This document shows, piece by piece, positions 18,628 to 26,704 of a stretch of DNA of 32,000 nt. How positions within the stretch are numbered: the stretch's first letter is position 1; each line of letters starts with the position of its first letter. Made by a program: the position numbers and the translations under genes. Source of the DNA: Geobacter sulfurreducens PCA (GTDB lineage: Bacteria > Desulfobacterota > Desulfuromonadia > Geobacterales > Geobacteraceae); the NCBI RefSeq assembly GCF_000007985.2, contig NC_002939.5, positions 1,560,001 through 1,592,000 of the forward strand, given 5' to 3'. The notes beneath the pieces were generated by a model, which was not told the DNA's origin, searched no databases, and saw nothing but the letters and a program-made list of their open reading frames with translations.

Positions 18628-19329
18628 ATGAAGAACAGAAGTTCCATGGTCAGAGGGATGTTTTTGGGCGCCGGCGCGGTGGCTATCTCCGCTGTTCTGG
18701 CATTCGGATCCGGTGGCGTGGGCGTAACGGCGGACGAGGCTCTGCAACAGCTCATGGACGGCAACAAGCGGTATGTGGCGGGGCAGATGAAAACGTGCAG
18801 CGCCAGCGACACCGCCAAGCGCGAATCATTGGCCAAGGGGCAAAAACCTTACGCGATAATTCTTTCGTGCTCAGACTCTCGTGTTCCGCCCGAGATTATT
18901 TTTGATAAAACCATGGGTGAAATATTTGTGGTTCGCGTGGCGGGTAACATTCCCGACCCGGTCGTCCTTGGCAGCATCGAGTATGCGGCTGAACATATCG
19001 GATCGCCCCTTGTCATGGTCCTCGGACATGAGCGCTGTGGTGCGGTGACTGCCACCGTTGAGGCCAAGGGAAAGGCGGAGGGCAATATCGGATCCATTGT
19101 CAAGACCATTGCTCCTGCCGCCGCAAAAGCCCTTAAGGAAGGAAAAGGCAAGTCGAAGGCTGAAGTTGTTGAGGCCGCTACCGATGCTAATCTCGATCTC
19201 GTTGCTGCCAGTCTGACCAAAAAATCGCCCGTTATCCGGCACCTCGTCAAGGAAGGTACGTTGAAGATCGTGAAGGCCAAATACGATCTTGATGACGGAA
19301 CGGTTGTCCTCATGGATGGCAAGAAATAA
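18628..19329 (+). CDS. Beta-class carbonic anhydrase with N-terminal signal peptide
   Basis: 'SCSDSRVPPE' and 'GHERCGAV' are the zinc-ligand motifs of beta-CA. Signal-like 'MKNRSSMVRGMFLGAGAVAISAVLAFG'. GGGAGGGAG SD lies before ATG 18628. Confidence 0.9.
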   Translation: MKNRSSMVRGMFLGAGAVAISAVLAFGSGGVGVTADEALQQLMDGNKRYVAGQMKTCSASDTAKRESLAKGQKPYAIILSCSDSRVPPEIIFDKTMGEIFVVRVAGNIPDPVVLGSIEYAAEHIGSPLVMVLGHERCGAVTATVEAKGKAEGNIGSIVKTIAPAAAKALKEGKGKSKAEVVEAATDANLDLVAASLTKKSPVIRHLVKEGTLKIVKAKYDLDDGTVVLMDGKK

Positions 19330-19357
19330 CAGCTCTCCTCAGATGGAGGGAATGTAC

Positions 19358-19385
19358 AAAAAAGCCCGCTTCGGCGGGCTTTTTT
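19358..19385. terminator. Bidirectional rho-independent terminator between convergent genes
   Basis: AAAAAAGCCCGC (19358-19369), TTCG loop, GCGGGCTTTTTT (19374-19385). Confidence 0.9.
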
Positions 19386-19412
19386 GTGTACGGATGCTGC
19401 TTAGGGACTCGT

Positions 19413-21377
19413 TCAGCTCTTCAATGCTTCCTGTACTCGTGCGATCAGTTGATCAGGCTTGACCGGTTTGGCGATGAAATTGATATCTTCGGCCAGGAAA
19501 CCCTTGCTGCCGATGATGTCCTTGGTGTAGCCGCTGATGAAGAGGGCTTTGATAGCTGGTTGGATTCGTTTCATTTCCTCGAAGGCAACCTGGCCGTTCT
19601 TGCCGGGCATCACCACGTCGAGCAGGACGAGATCGATCTTGTTGACGGACTCGGCAAATTTTTTGACCGCGTCGTTTCCATCGGCTGCTTCAATTACCTC
19701 GTAACCGTTACGTTCGAGCACGTGACGGGAAAGCTTTCTGACCGCTTTGTCGTCCTCCGCCAGCAGGACGGTTTCCCTGTTCCCCTTTGCCACGATCGGT
19801 GGTGCTTCCTCTTCATGTCTCGCCGTCAATGCCACGATCGGAAGATAGATGCGGAAGGTGGTGCCGGCGCCCGGTTCGGAATCAACGGTGACGAACCCTT
19901 CATGTTGTCGCACGATGCCATATACCATCGACAGGCCGAGACCAGTGCCTTTTCCAACCTCCTTTGTTGTGAAGAAGGGGTCGAAAATCCGCTCTTTTGT
20001 CTCCTGGTCCATGCCAAGGCCCGTGTCGCTGACGGTCAGAACGGCATAACGTCCCGGCCGGCACTGTTCCAGCGAACTGAAGGAATTTTCGTTCAGAACC
20101 GTCGCATCGGTCGTCAGCGTGAGAGTCCCTCCTGACGGCATGGCATCGCGGGCATTGGTTACGAGATTCATGAGTATCTGGTCTATTTGTCCTGAATCCA
20201 CATGGCAGACGAGAGGTTCGTTGAAGAGAGATACCTTGAACTCCACATCCTCGCTCACGAGGCGGGCCAGAAGTTTCTCGATACTCTGGATGATCCCGTT
20301 CAAATCAGTGGGGAGGGGCGTGATAACCTGTTTGCGGCCAAAGGCCAGCAGCCGTTTTACCAGCGTCGTGGCGCGATCGGCAGCGTTAAGTATCTGGTCC
20401 ACATAAATCTGGTAGGGGTTATCTTTGTTCAGACTGCGCTGCAGGAGCGTGCCGAAGCCGACGATAGCCGTAAGGATATTGTTGAAGTCGTGGGCCACCC
20501 CTCCTGCAAGGGTACCGATTGCTTCCATCTTCTGGGCGTGACGCAGCTCTTCGGCCAGCAGTTCTTTCTCCGCTTCGCGCTTTTTAAGCGTCTCCGCCAT
20601 ATGGTTGAAGGCATTGGCCAGACGTCCGATTTCGTGATTGCGCTCGACCTTTACCGGGACGAAAGCGCCACCCTGCTCCAATGCCTTAATGCCGACAGTG
20701 AGTCGGTCGAGCGGATTGGTGATCCGGCGTACCACAAGATACGTGAGAATGGTGCTCAATACCAGGAATCCGCCGGTAAGGGTGCTGCAGATGAGCAAAA
20801 GCGTGTCGAGACGTCGCTTGAGGGGGTGTTTGTCCACAATGATACGGGCATACCCCAGGATCTTTTCCTTGCCCTGCGCCTCGTGTCCTAGGATCAGCGC
20901 ATCGGTGCTCTGGAACGGAGCGATGGAGACGATCGGCGCCCAGAACTCGAAAAGCTCGGCTTCCTCGAAGGTGTGGGGGACTCTACTTGAGCGTGTATCG
21001 CTGAAATGCACACTCCAGTTGGGTATTTTCCTTTCCGGAGTCTTGAGCATCTTTTCATGGGCCTGCTCCCTGATGGGGGTGCCGGCTGCTGAAATGACCG
21101 AGACGAAAAGTACCCCATCATGCTGCAGAATGCCCTCCACCGGGTCTTTGAGTAGTTCGCCGTTCTCCGCAAAGACGCCCAGCCGGGCGTTGTGGGCCAG
21201 GAGGCGTGCGAGAATCTGACCCTCATGGGTGACGTTTTCCCGAAGTATGCGTCGCTGCTGCTGGTAAAACAGAACGGTGAACGATATGGATATAACGGCG
21301 ATCGTTGATGCAAAGAGGAGGAAAAACCTGAGACCAAGACTGTCGTGCCGTTGTTTTAGCGTGTCGTGCATGCCCAT
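19413..21377 (-). CDS. Hybrid sensor histidine kinase / response regulator (periplasmic sensor, HAMP, HisKA, HATPase_c, REC)
   Basis: Two TM segments flank a sensor region of about 170 aa. HAMP 'RRITNPLDRL', H-box 'GGVAHDFNNILT', N/G boxes 'LVTNARDAM' and 'GTGLGLSMV', and a C-terminal receiver 'VLLAEDD...DLVLLDVVMPG'. Confidence 0.9.
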   Translation of the reverse strand: MGMHDTLKQRHDSLGLRFFLLFASTIAVISISFTVLFYQQQRRILRENVTHEGQILARLLAHNARLGVFAENGELLKDPVEGILQHDGVLFVSVISAAGTPIREQAHEKMLKTPERKIPNWSVHFSDTRSSRVPHTFEEAELFEFWAPIVSIAPFQSTDALILGHEAQGKEKILGYARIIVDKHPLKRRLDTLLLICSTLTGGFLVLSTILTYLVVRRITNPLDRLTVGIKALEQGGAFVPVKVERNHEIGRLANAFNHMAETLKKREAEKELLAEELRHAQKMEAIGTLAGGVAHDFNNILTAIVGFGTLLQRSLNKDNPYQIYVDQILNAADRATTLVKRLLAFGRKQVITPLPTDLNGIIQSIEKLLARLVSEDVEFKVSLFNEPLVCHVDSGQIDQILMNLVTNARDAMPSGGTLTLTTDATVLNENSFSSLEQCRPGRYAVLTVSDTGLGMDQETKERIFDPFFTTKEVGKGTGLGLSMVYGIVRQHEGFVTVDSEPGAGTTFRIYLPIVALTARHEEEAPPIVAKGNRETVLLAEDDKAVRKLSRHVLERNGYEVIEAADGNDAVKKFAESVNKIDLVLLDVVMPGKNGQVAFEEMKRIQPAIKALFISGYTKDIIGSKGFLAEDINFIAKPVKPDQLIARVQEALKS

Positions 21378-21385
21378 GGTCTCTC

Positions 21386-22279
21386 CTATCGAATTACCCT
21401 GGCCCTTCCCAGGGCCTCTTCGGATAGTGTCAGACCGAGTTTACGCGCAACTTTCGCATTAACCGTCATGACCATGCTGCGGGGTTCGACTCGCTGGACC
21501 TGCTCCACCGGAGCACCCGACAGTATTCGCCTGATCAGGTCCCCGCCTTGCCTCCCCAGGTCGTAGGGGTCGATGTCGAGCGCCATGATGGCGCCCATCT
21601 GCACGTACTTGTCTGAAAACGTCAGAATGGGAATTCTGTTGGTGAGTGAGAAAAGGAGGAGAAATTCTATGCTTTCGGGAGTCACCACCGTGGTGTCGGG
21701 AAGCATCCAGATAGCGTCCACTTCCCCCTTCAGTCCTTCCGCCACCGGGACCACATCACGGGCAGAGCGGAGTTCACGGGCGACCGGCTCGATCCCCATC
21801 GAGCGGGCCGCGGCCTGGGCCTTGCGCGCAAGCACGCCGGACCGGGAGGGATTGTAGGGAATTCCTATTTTCCTCAGTCGCGGCATGAGGCTCTGCAGTG
21901 CCGCCAGTTGCCGTTCGGGCGGGACGTTCATGCTGACGCCGGTCAGGTTGTCGCCGGCGGTGAGGGTGTTCTGGGGATCGAGAACCATCAGGTAGACGAT
22001 GGGGGTGTCCTTGACCCGCTTTACCCTGGTCAGGGCCTCTGCCCCGATCGCCAGAATCACGTCCGGGCGCTCGTCGCGCACCATTCGCGCCACATCGACC
22101 CCTTCCATTTCCGAGATAACGACCCTTTTGATGGTCCCGCTCACAACGCTTCTCACCCCCCGGAGAGCCTCTTCATAGGGGGCTACTCTCACGCTCTGAA
22201 GCACGAAAACCTTCTGGGCCGCATTACAGGGCTCGGTCAAAAGGATGATTGCGAGAATGAGAAGAATTATTCTGGTCAT
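21386..22279 (-). CDS. Periplasmic ABC_sub_bind (PF04392/COG2984-like) substrate-binding protein with no cognate permease or ATPase nearby
   Basis: Signal peptide 'MTRIILLILAIILLTEPCNA' and a type-I periplasmic binding fold pattern. Lies 8 nt upstream of the kinase gene on the same strand. Confidence 0.75.
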   Translation of the reverse strand: MTRIILLILAIILLTEPCNAAQKVFVLQSVRVAPYEEALRGVRSVVSGTIKRVVISEMEGVDVARMVRDERPDVILAIGAEALTRVKRVKDTPIVYLMVLDPQNTLTAGDNLTGVSMNVPPERQLAALQSLMPRLRKIGIPYNPSRSGVLARKAQAAARSMGIEPVARELRSARDVVPVAEGLKGEVDAIWMLPDTTVVTPESIEFLLLFSLTNRIPILTFSDKYVQMGAIMALDIDPYDLGRQGGDLIRRILSGAPVEQVQRVEPRSMVMTVNAKVARKLGLTLSEEALGRARVIR

Positions 22280-22798
22280 GTGGTTCTAGTAGACAAAAAG
22301 TAATGATTCTGTTAGGTTGAGCGACGCAGAGCAATATGGTGTATACTGTGACTTGCCCAGCACCCAGTGCTTCGATAACGTGTTGGCCATCTGTATGGGG
22401 CCTCCGGGGCAAACGTCAAAGACGCAGCAGTTCAAAGGCTGCGTGTGTCATTTGTTTGACAATGTTTTTGCGCAGATTCAATGCGCCAGACTCTCATTTG
22501 ATACCGATATCTGTGAGGTCTTAAGAGGTATACCCCCTGGCTGAACAGTCCGCATGGAGTTATTTTGCCATTTCAGTGCCATTTTGCGTAAAAAATGCAG
22601 TAATCGATCAATTTTGTACCACATGGTGAGGTGATAAGCCAGTAATTTTGAATTGTTATTAATCTTATGATTTCTGCTGATGACAGCGGATACGACGGCA
22701 GATGGCCGCCGAGCCTGGATCGGAATTTTTTTTGCATAGCTGAAACCGCAAAGCGCGATACCAGGTAACGCATATCCCGTTCCAGGGCTGGGGGGCGG

Positions 22799-24721
22799 AT
22801 GGACATTCGACTTATTGAGAACAGAAGACGAAACCTTACTCCCGTGATCGGATTGCTCGGCCTCTCGGTACTGCTTGCCCCGACAGGCTTTAGAGGGTAC
22901 GCCTGGGCCCAGGCCGACGAGGAGATGAGAGTCCTCGAGATGTTTTACGAGGACAAGGAACTGGTTGTGACCCCCACCCGGGACCCCAAGCCCGTCTCTC
23001 AGGTGGCCGAAAACATTACCGTCATTACCGCCAAAGAAATCAGGAACCTGAATGCCCATACCCTGGCAGACGTTCTGGTCACCATAACCGGTGTCCAGCA
23101 AGACTGGCGGGGTGGTCCCGGCAGTCTCGCCTTCCCCGGTATCCAGGGGTCGAACCCCAATCAGGTACTCGTTCTGATCGATGGGGTCTCGCAGACCAGT
23201 ACCTCTTCAAACTTTGCCGATGTGGGCGCTATCCCGGTGCAGAATATCGAGCGGGTCGAGATCATCAAAGGACCAGCCTCCACCTCCTGGGGGTCGTCCC
23301 TTGGCGGCATCATCAACGTCATCACCAAGTCCCCCGAGGAGAACAGGGCCGCGGCCGGCATGGTGTCGGCGTCTCTGGGTGAGCGGTTCACCGGCGACTA
23401 CCGGGGCGAACTCACCGGCACGGTGGGATCGTTCGGCTATTATCTCTCGGGCGGCAAGCTCCACTCCGACGGACTCCTTCCCCACAACAGCGTTGATACC
23501 GACCGGGCATATCTGAAGCTGACCCACCAGTTGCCCGACGGCGGAGATCTACGCTTCTCTCTCGGCTACAGCGCCGGCGACCGCGGCGACCAAATGGACC
23601 CCGTTGCTCGAACGTCCTATGACAATACGTTCGACAATCTGTTGACGACGCTCTCAATCTCGCTCCCCCTTACCGAGCGGATCGACTGGGACCTTTCGCT
23701 CCGCTCCCAGTGGCTGGAATATGACCAGTTTCGCAATGGTCTCGACACCGGACTCGTTGATGCCTCGCTGCTGGATGACCGTTCCTTCGGAGCCACAACC
23801 AAGCTTGTCTGGCGTACCGGTGACCACAGCCTGACTGTCGGGGCGGAGTTTGACAGGGGTGATTTCAGGCTGGAACAGGAGAGCTCTGGAATTGGACGGT
23901 CTTCTGTCCGTTCACATATTGCAAAATCGGCAATCTTTGCCAACGACACCATTGTGTTTGGGCCTTTGACCATAACCCCGGGCATCCGTTTTGATCACAC
24001 GACCACCAATGGGGACTTTCTGAGCCCCAGTCTTGGGGTGACCTGGGGCATTGGTGAACATACGGTGCTACGTGGCGCATTGGCGAGGGGGTTCACGGTC
24101 CCTCCCGTTATTTACACTGTCGGTGATGGCTTTGCCCTGGCCCCTAACCCCGACCTTAAGATGGAAAAGGTTCTTTCCTGGCAGGCAGGCTTCGAGACAT
24201 CGCTCCTGCGCTACCTGTGGCTCAAGTCTACTTTTTTTCTGCATGATGTTTCTGATGCTGTTGTTGCTACCATTTTGTCAGATGGGCAGTTTCGGTATGA
24301 AAATCGAGAAAAGCAGCGCCGACAGGGTATGGAGATCGAGGTCAAGACCATTCCTTTTATGTACACTACGCTGGGAGCCGGTTATACCTTTGTGGATTCG
24401 AAAGATCGGAACACGCATCAGCGAATACCCTCGGCGGCTCGGCAGACGGTCAATACAACCATACAGTTCGATGACTTAAAGGGTACAAGGGCGAACCTTG
24501 TGGGGCGCTACATCTGGTGGAATGCTCCTGATTTCATCCAAGGTAGCTATACCTCAATGGTCTGGGATCTGAATGTTGCCCGAAATATCTATCGTGATGA
24601 ACGTTACAGTGTGGAGTTGTTCCTAGCTGGCCGCAATCTGTTTAATGGTTCACAGTATGTTGACGCCACCCTCAAAAACCCCTGCCGCTGGTTCGAGGGA
24701 GGGATACGGTTCGATTTTTGA
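22799..24721 (+). CDS. TonB-dependent outer-membrane receptor
   Basis: Signal peptide ending 'AWA/QADE'. Plug motifs 'ELVVTPTR', 'ITVITAKEI' and 'IERVEIIKGPASTSWG', then beta-barrel repeats and a C-terminal 'GGIRFDF' with terminal Phe. Confidence 0.9.
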   Translation: MDIRLIENRRRNLTPVIGLLGLSVLLAPTGFRGYAWAQADEEMRVLEMFYEDKELVVTPTRDPKPVSQVAENITVITAKEIRNLNAHTLADVLVTITGVQQDWRGGPGSLAFPGIQGSNPNQVLVLIDGVSQTSTSSNFADVGAIPVQNIERVEIIKGPASTSWGSSLGGIINVITKSPEENRAAAGMVSASLGERFTGDYRGELTGTVGSFGYYLSGGKLHSDGLLPHNSVDTDRAYLKLTHQLPDGGDLRFSLGYSAGDRGDQMDPVARTSYDNTFDNLLTTLSISLPLTERIDWDLSLRSQWLEYDQFRNGLDTGLVDASLLDDRSFGATTKLVWRTGDHSLTVGAEFDRGDFRLEQESSGIGRSSVRSHIAKSAIFANDTIVFGPLTITPGIRFDHTTTNGDFLSPSLGVTWGIGEHTVLRGALARGFTVPPVIYTVGDGFALAPNPDLKMEKVLSWQAGFETSLLRYLWLKSTFFLHDVSDAVVATILSDGQFRYENREKQRRQGMEIEVKTIPFMYTTLGAGYTFVDSKDRNTHQRIPSAARQTVNTTIQFDDLKGTRANLVGRYIWWNAPDFIQGSYTSMVWDLNVARNIYRDERYSVELFLAGRNLFNGSQYVDATLKNPCRWFEGGIRFDF

Positions 24722-24849
24722 TAATGTGTGGTAATTTAGGGAGTGCTACTCGTATGTTATTGAAAATTATTTGTTGACATGCTGGTGTGTTTACAATTAC
24801 TTTTGCTCAAAGCGCCGTGCTACTATCCAGGAGGGAGGAGTCAACAGAC

Positions 24850-24951
24850 ATGAAAAAGTCATCTCGCATTGCCGTCCTCAACGCAGGATCAGTCAAGAAC
24901 CCGAACCAACCCGGATATATTTGTATCATCATCTTCGGGAGAACAGTGTAG
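24850..24951 (+). CDS. 33-aa candidate RiPP precursor peptide (MKKSSRIAVLNAGSVKNPNQPGYICIIIFGRTV)
   Basis: Below the ORF-track size cutoff. Strong SD AGGAGGGAGGAG (24829-24840) lies 9 nt before ATG 24850, with stop TAG at 24949-24951. A terminator hairpin and then an RRE-rSAM/SPASM gene follow on the same strand. Confidence 0.6.
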   Translation: MKKSSRIAVLNAGSVKNPNQPGYICIIIFGRTV

Positions 24952-24977
24952 TTGAGAGTCAAGCCTTGATTCACTGG

Positions 24978-25005
24978 AAAAAGGGGAGAGCAATCTCCCC
25001 TTTTT
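24978..25005 (+). terminator. Intrinsic terminator/attenuator between peptide ORF and radical SAM gene
   Basis: AAAAAGGGGAGA (24978-24989), GCAA tetraloop, TCTCCCCTTTTT (24994-25005), then a further CTTTT. Confidence 0.85.
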
Positions 25006-25069
25006 CTTTTGGTGAACCCGTGCCGTCCCACAGCATTGTTGGCGGCGAAATTGCCCAATGAGGTGATTC

Positions 25070-26401
25070 ATGGTCTTATCGCGCCATGTGATTATTACTC
25101 CCTGCCCGGACCGGCCGGGCACGTCCATCCTGTTTTCCGCCAAGCGAGGAGCGCTCATCCTGGTGGATGATGAGTTGCTTGCTGCCATCGGTGCCGGAGG
25201 GCTCGACGCCGACGAGGAGCAGACCCTGGCCGAACTGGGGTTTCTCGTGCCCGATCACGACAGTGAGCAGCAGGAAATGTGCTCCTTTGTTGATGAAAGC
25301 AACCGTGCGAGCCGATCGTTTGCCGCCCTGATCATCCTGAACCTGAGCTGCAACCTGGCCTGCTCTTACTGTTTCGAGGGAAACAGGAGGGGCGCGCATT
25401 TCATGGACGACGACACGGCGGATCGCCTGGTGGCCTATCTCGTTTCAGGGCCCGTTGCCGAGGGGAGATCGCTGTCGCTCAGGTTCTACGGCGGCGAACC
25501 GCTCCTGAGCGTCCCCACCATACGGCGTATTGCCCGTCCCTTGAAGAAAGTGATGGATGCCCGAGGCCTGTCCTTCAGTTTCTCCCTGACCACCAACGGA
25601 ACGCTCCTGACCCGGGAACTGGTAGAGGAACTCATCCCCTTGGGTCTTGTCGGTGCAACGGTTACTCTCGACGGTCCTCCGGATATCCATGATGCGGCCC
25701 GGCCGTTTGTGGGAGGGGAGGGGAGTTTTTCCGTCATTTTCGCCAACCTCAAGGCCGTTGCGGATCTCATAGCCCTGGAGATCGGTGGCAACTTCACTCC
25801 CGAAACCTACCGGGAATATCCGCGCCTCTTCGATCTGCTCGTGGCAGAGGGCCTCGGTCCGGAGCGGCTCGCTCTCGTTCGGTTCAACGCGGTCATGTCG
25901 GCGGGAGAGAATCGGGCACTCCCCGAGTTTACGGGGGGGTGCGCGTCGGTGAATGAACCCTGGCTCAAGGATGCCACCCTTTTTATCCGTGAGGAGCTGC
26001 TGCGCCGAGGATTCCCCGCACCGGGGCTTTCACCTCATTACTGCGCCATTGAGGCTGAGGACTCACTCATTGTGAACCATGATGGGACCTTCTACCGCTG
26101 TCCCGCCTTTATCGGCATTGAAGGGCTTGCGGCGGGCAGTCTTGATGACGGCCTGTCTGATCATGCCGCCAGCCATGGCCTTGGGGCCTGGAAGAACGAG
26201 GAATGCCTGAGCTGCGCCTATCTGCCCCTCTGCTTCGGTGGCTGTCGCTATTATGGTTACCTGGAGCATGGCAGGATCGACCGCGTGTCCTGTGGCCGAG
26301 ATTTGTTCGATGCTATTGTGGGGCCGTTTCTCGCCCTTGAGGTGAAATACCGCCACCAGCCGGGCGAGGATGCCTCCGATACGGACGGCGACTCGGATTG
26401 A
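25070..26401 (+). CDS. Radical SAM / SPASM-domain peptide-modifying enzyme with N-terminal RRE (PqqD-like) domain
   Basis: rSAM motif 'CNLACSYC' (CxxxCxxC) and 'GGEPLL'. SPASM motifs 'C...DGTFYRC' (Gx4C) and 'CLSCAYLPLCFGGC' (Cx2Cx5Cx3C) plus a trailing Cys. The ~80-aa N-terminal 'ILFSAKRGALILVDDELLAAI...LAELGFLV' resembles a peptide-recognition element. GAGGTGA SD lies before ATG 25070. Confidence 0.88.
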   Translation: MVLSRHVIITPCPDRPGTSILFSAKRGALILVDDELLAAIGAGGLDADEEQTLAELGFLVPDHDSEQQEMCSFVDESNRASRSFAALIILNLSCNLACSYCFEGNRRGAHFMDDDTADRLVAYLVSGPVAEGRSLSLRFYGGEPLLSVPTIRRIARPLKKVMDARGLSFSFSLTTNGTLLTRELVEELIPLGLVGATVTLDGPPDIHDAARPFVGGEGSFSVIFANLKAVADLIALEIGGNFTPETYREYPRLFDLLVAEGLGPERLALVRFNAVMSAGENRALPEFTGGCASVNEPWLKDATLFIREELLRRGFPAPGLSPHYCAIEAEDSLIVNHDGTFYRCPAFIGIEGLAAGSLDDGLSDHAASHGLGAWKNEECLSCAYLPLCFGGCRYYGYLEHGRIDRVSCGRDLFDAIVGPFLALEVKYRHQPGEDASDTDGDSD

Positions 26402-26461
26402 GGTGATTCGGGTCTGAGCGTGTGGAACGTGTAACGACCACTGCTTTTTTGCTGGAGTCTG

Positions 26462-26689
26462 TCACTTGGTCGGGCGCGGCCGGTTTGTTTCGTCCGGGCC
26501 GACGATGCGGATGCTGATCCTGCGGATTAGGTGTTCGATTTGTGCGAGCTTTTCCTCGTATTGCTGGAGAAAGTAGGCGCGTTTGTCTCCCTGATGGAAT
26601 GTCGTGCCGTCCCGCAGCATGGCAATTCTGGTTTTGGCAACTTCTTTCATGATTTCGAGAACTTCCCGTGCGTCGGCCATGGGCGTCAC
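26462..26689 (-). CDS. Small hypothetical protein (helical)
   Basis: 75-aa ORF 15 nt downstream of the PHP gene on the same strand. No recognisable domain. The start is ambiguous: GTG 26689 or ATG 26680. Confidence 0.45.
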   Translation of the reverse strand: MTPMADAREVLEIMKEVAKTRIAMLRDGTTFHQGDKRAYFLQQYEEKLAQIEHLIRRISIRIVGPDETNRPRPTK

Positions 26690-26704
26690 CCGTGATGCCG
26701 GTTG

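Noticed and set aside
22400-22445. GEMM-I (c-di-GMP/cGAMP) riboswitch-like strings GGGGCAAACG ... GACGCAGC
   Set aside because: Only 6 nt separate the two elements, leaving no room for the P1b hairpin/GNRA tetraloop. The ACGCAAAGCC core and the downstream pairing partner are absent.
22641-22680. Possible Fur box in the AT-rich block upstream of the TonB-dependent receptor
   Set aside because: Position-by-position comparison with GATAATGATAATCATTATC on either strand gives a poor match. The block is AT-rich and nothing more.
22280-22798. Cobalamin riboswitch upstream of the TonB receptor
   Set aside because: I found no B12-box-like sequence (AGYCMGGAGACCKGCC-type) and no conserved GCCACUG core by eye.
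24771-25061. 96-aa ORF from the track covering the receptor-rSAM gap
   Set aside because: It starts inside the promoter-like hexamers and has no SD. It reads through the SD and body of the 33-codon ORF in another frame, and straight through the terminator hairpin at 24978-25005. Its sequence is low-complexity and not protein-like.
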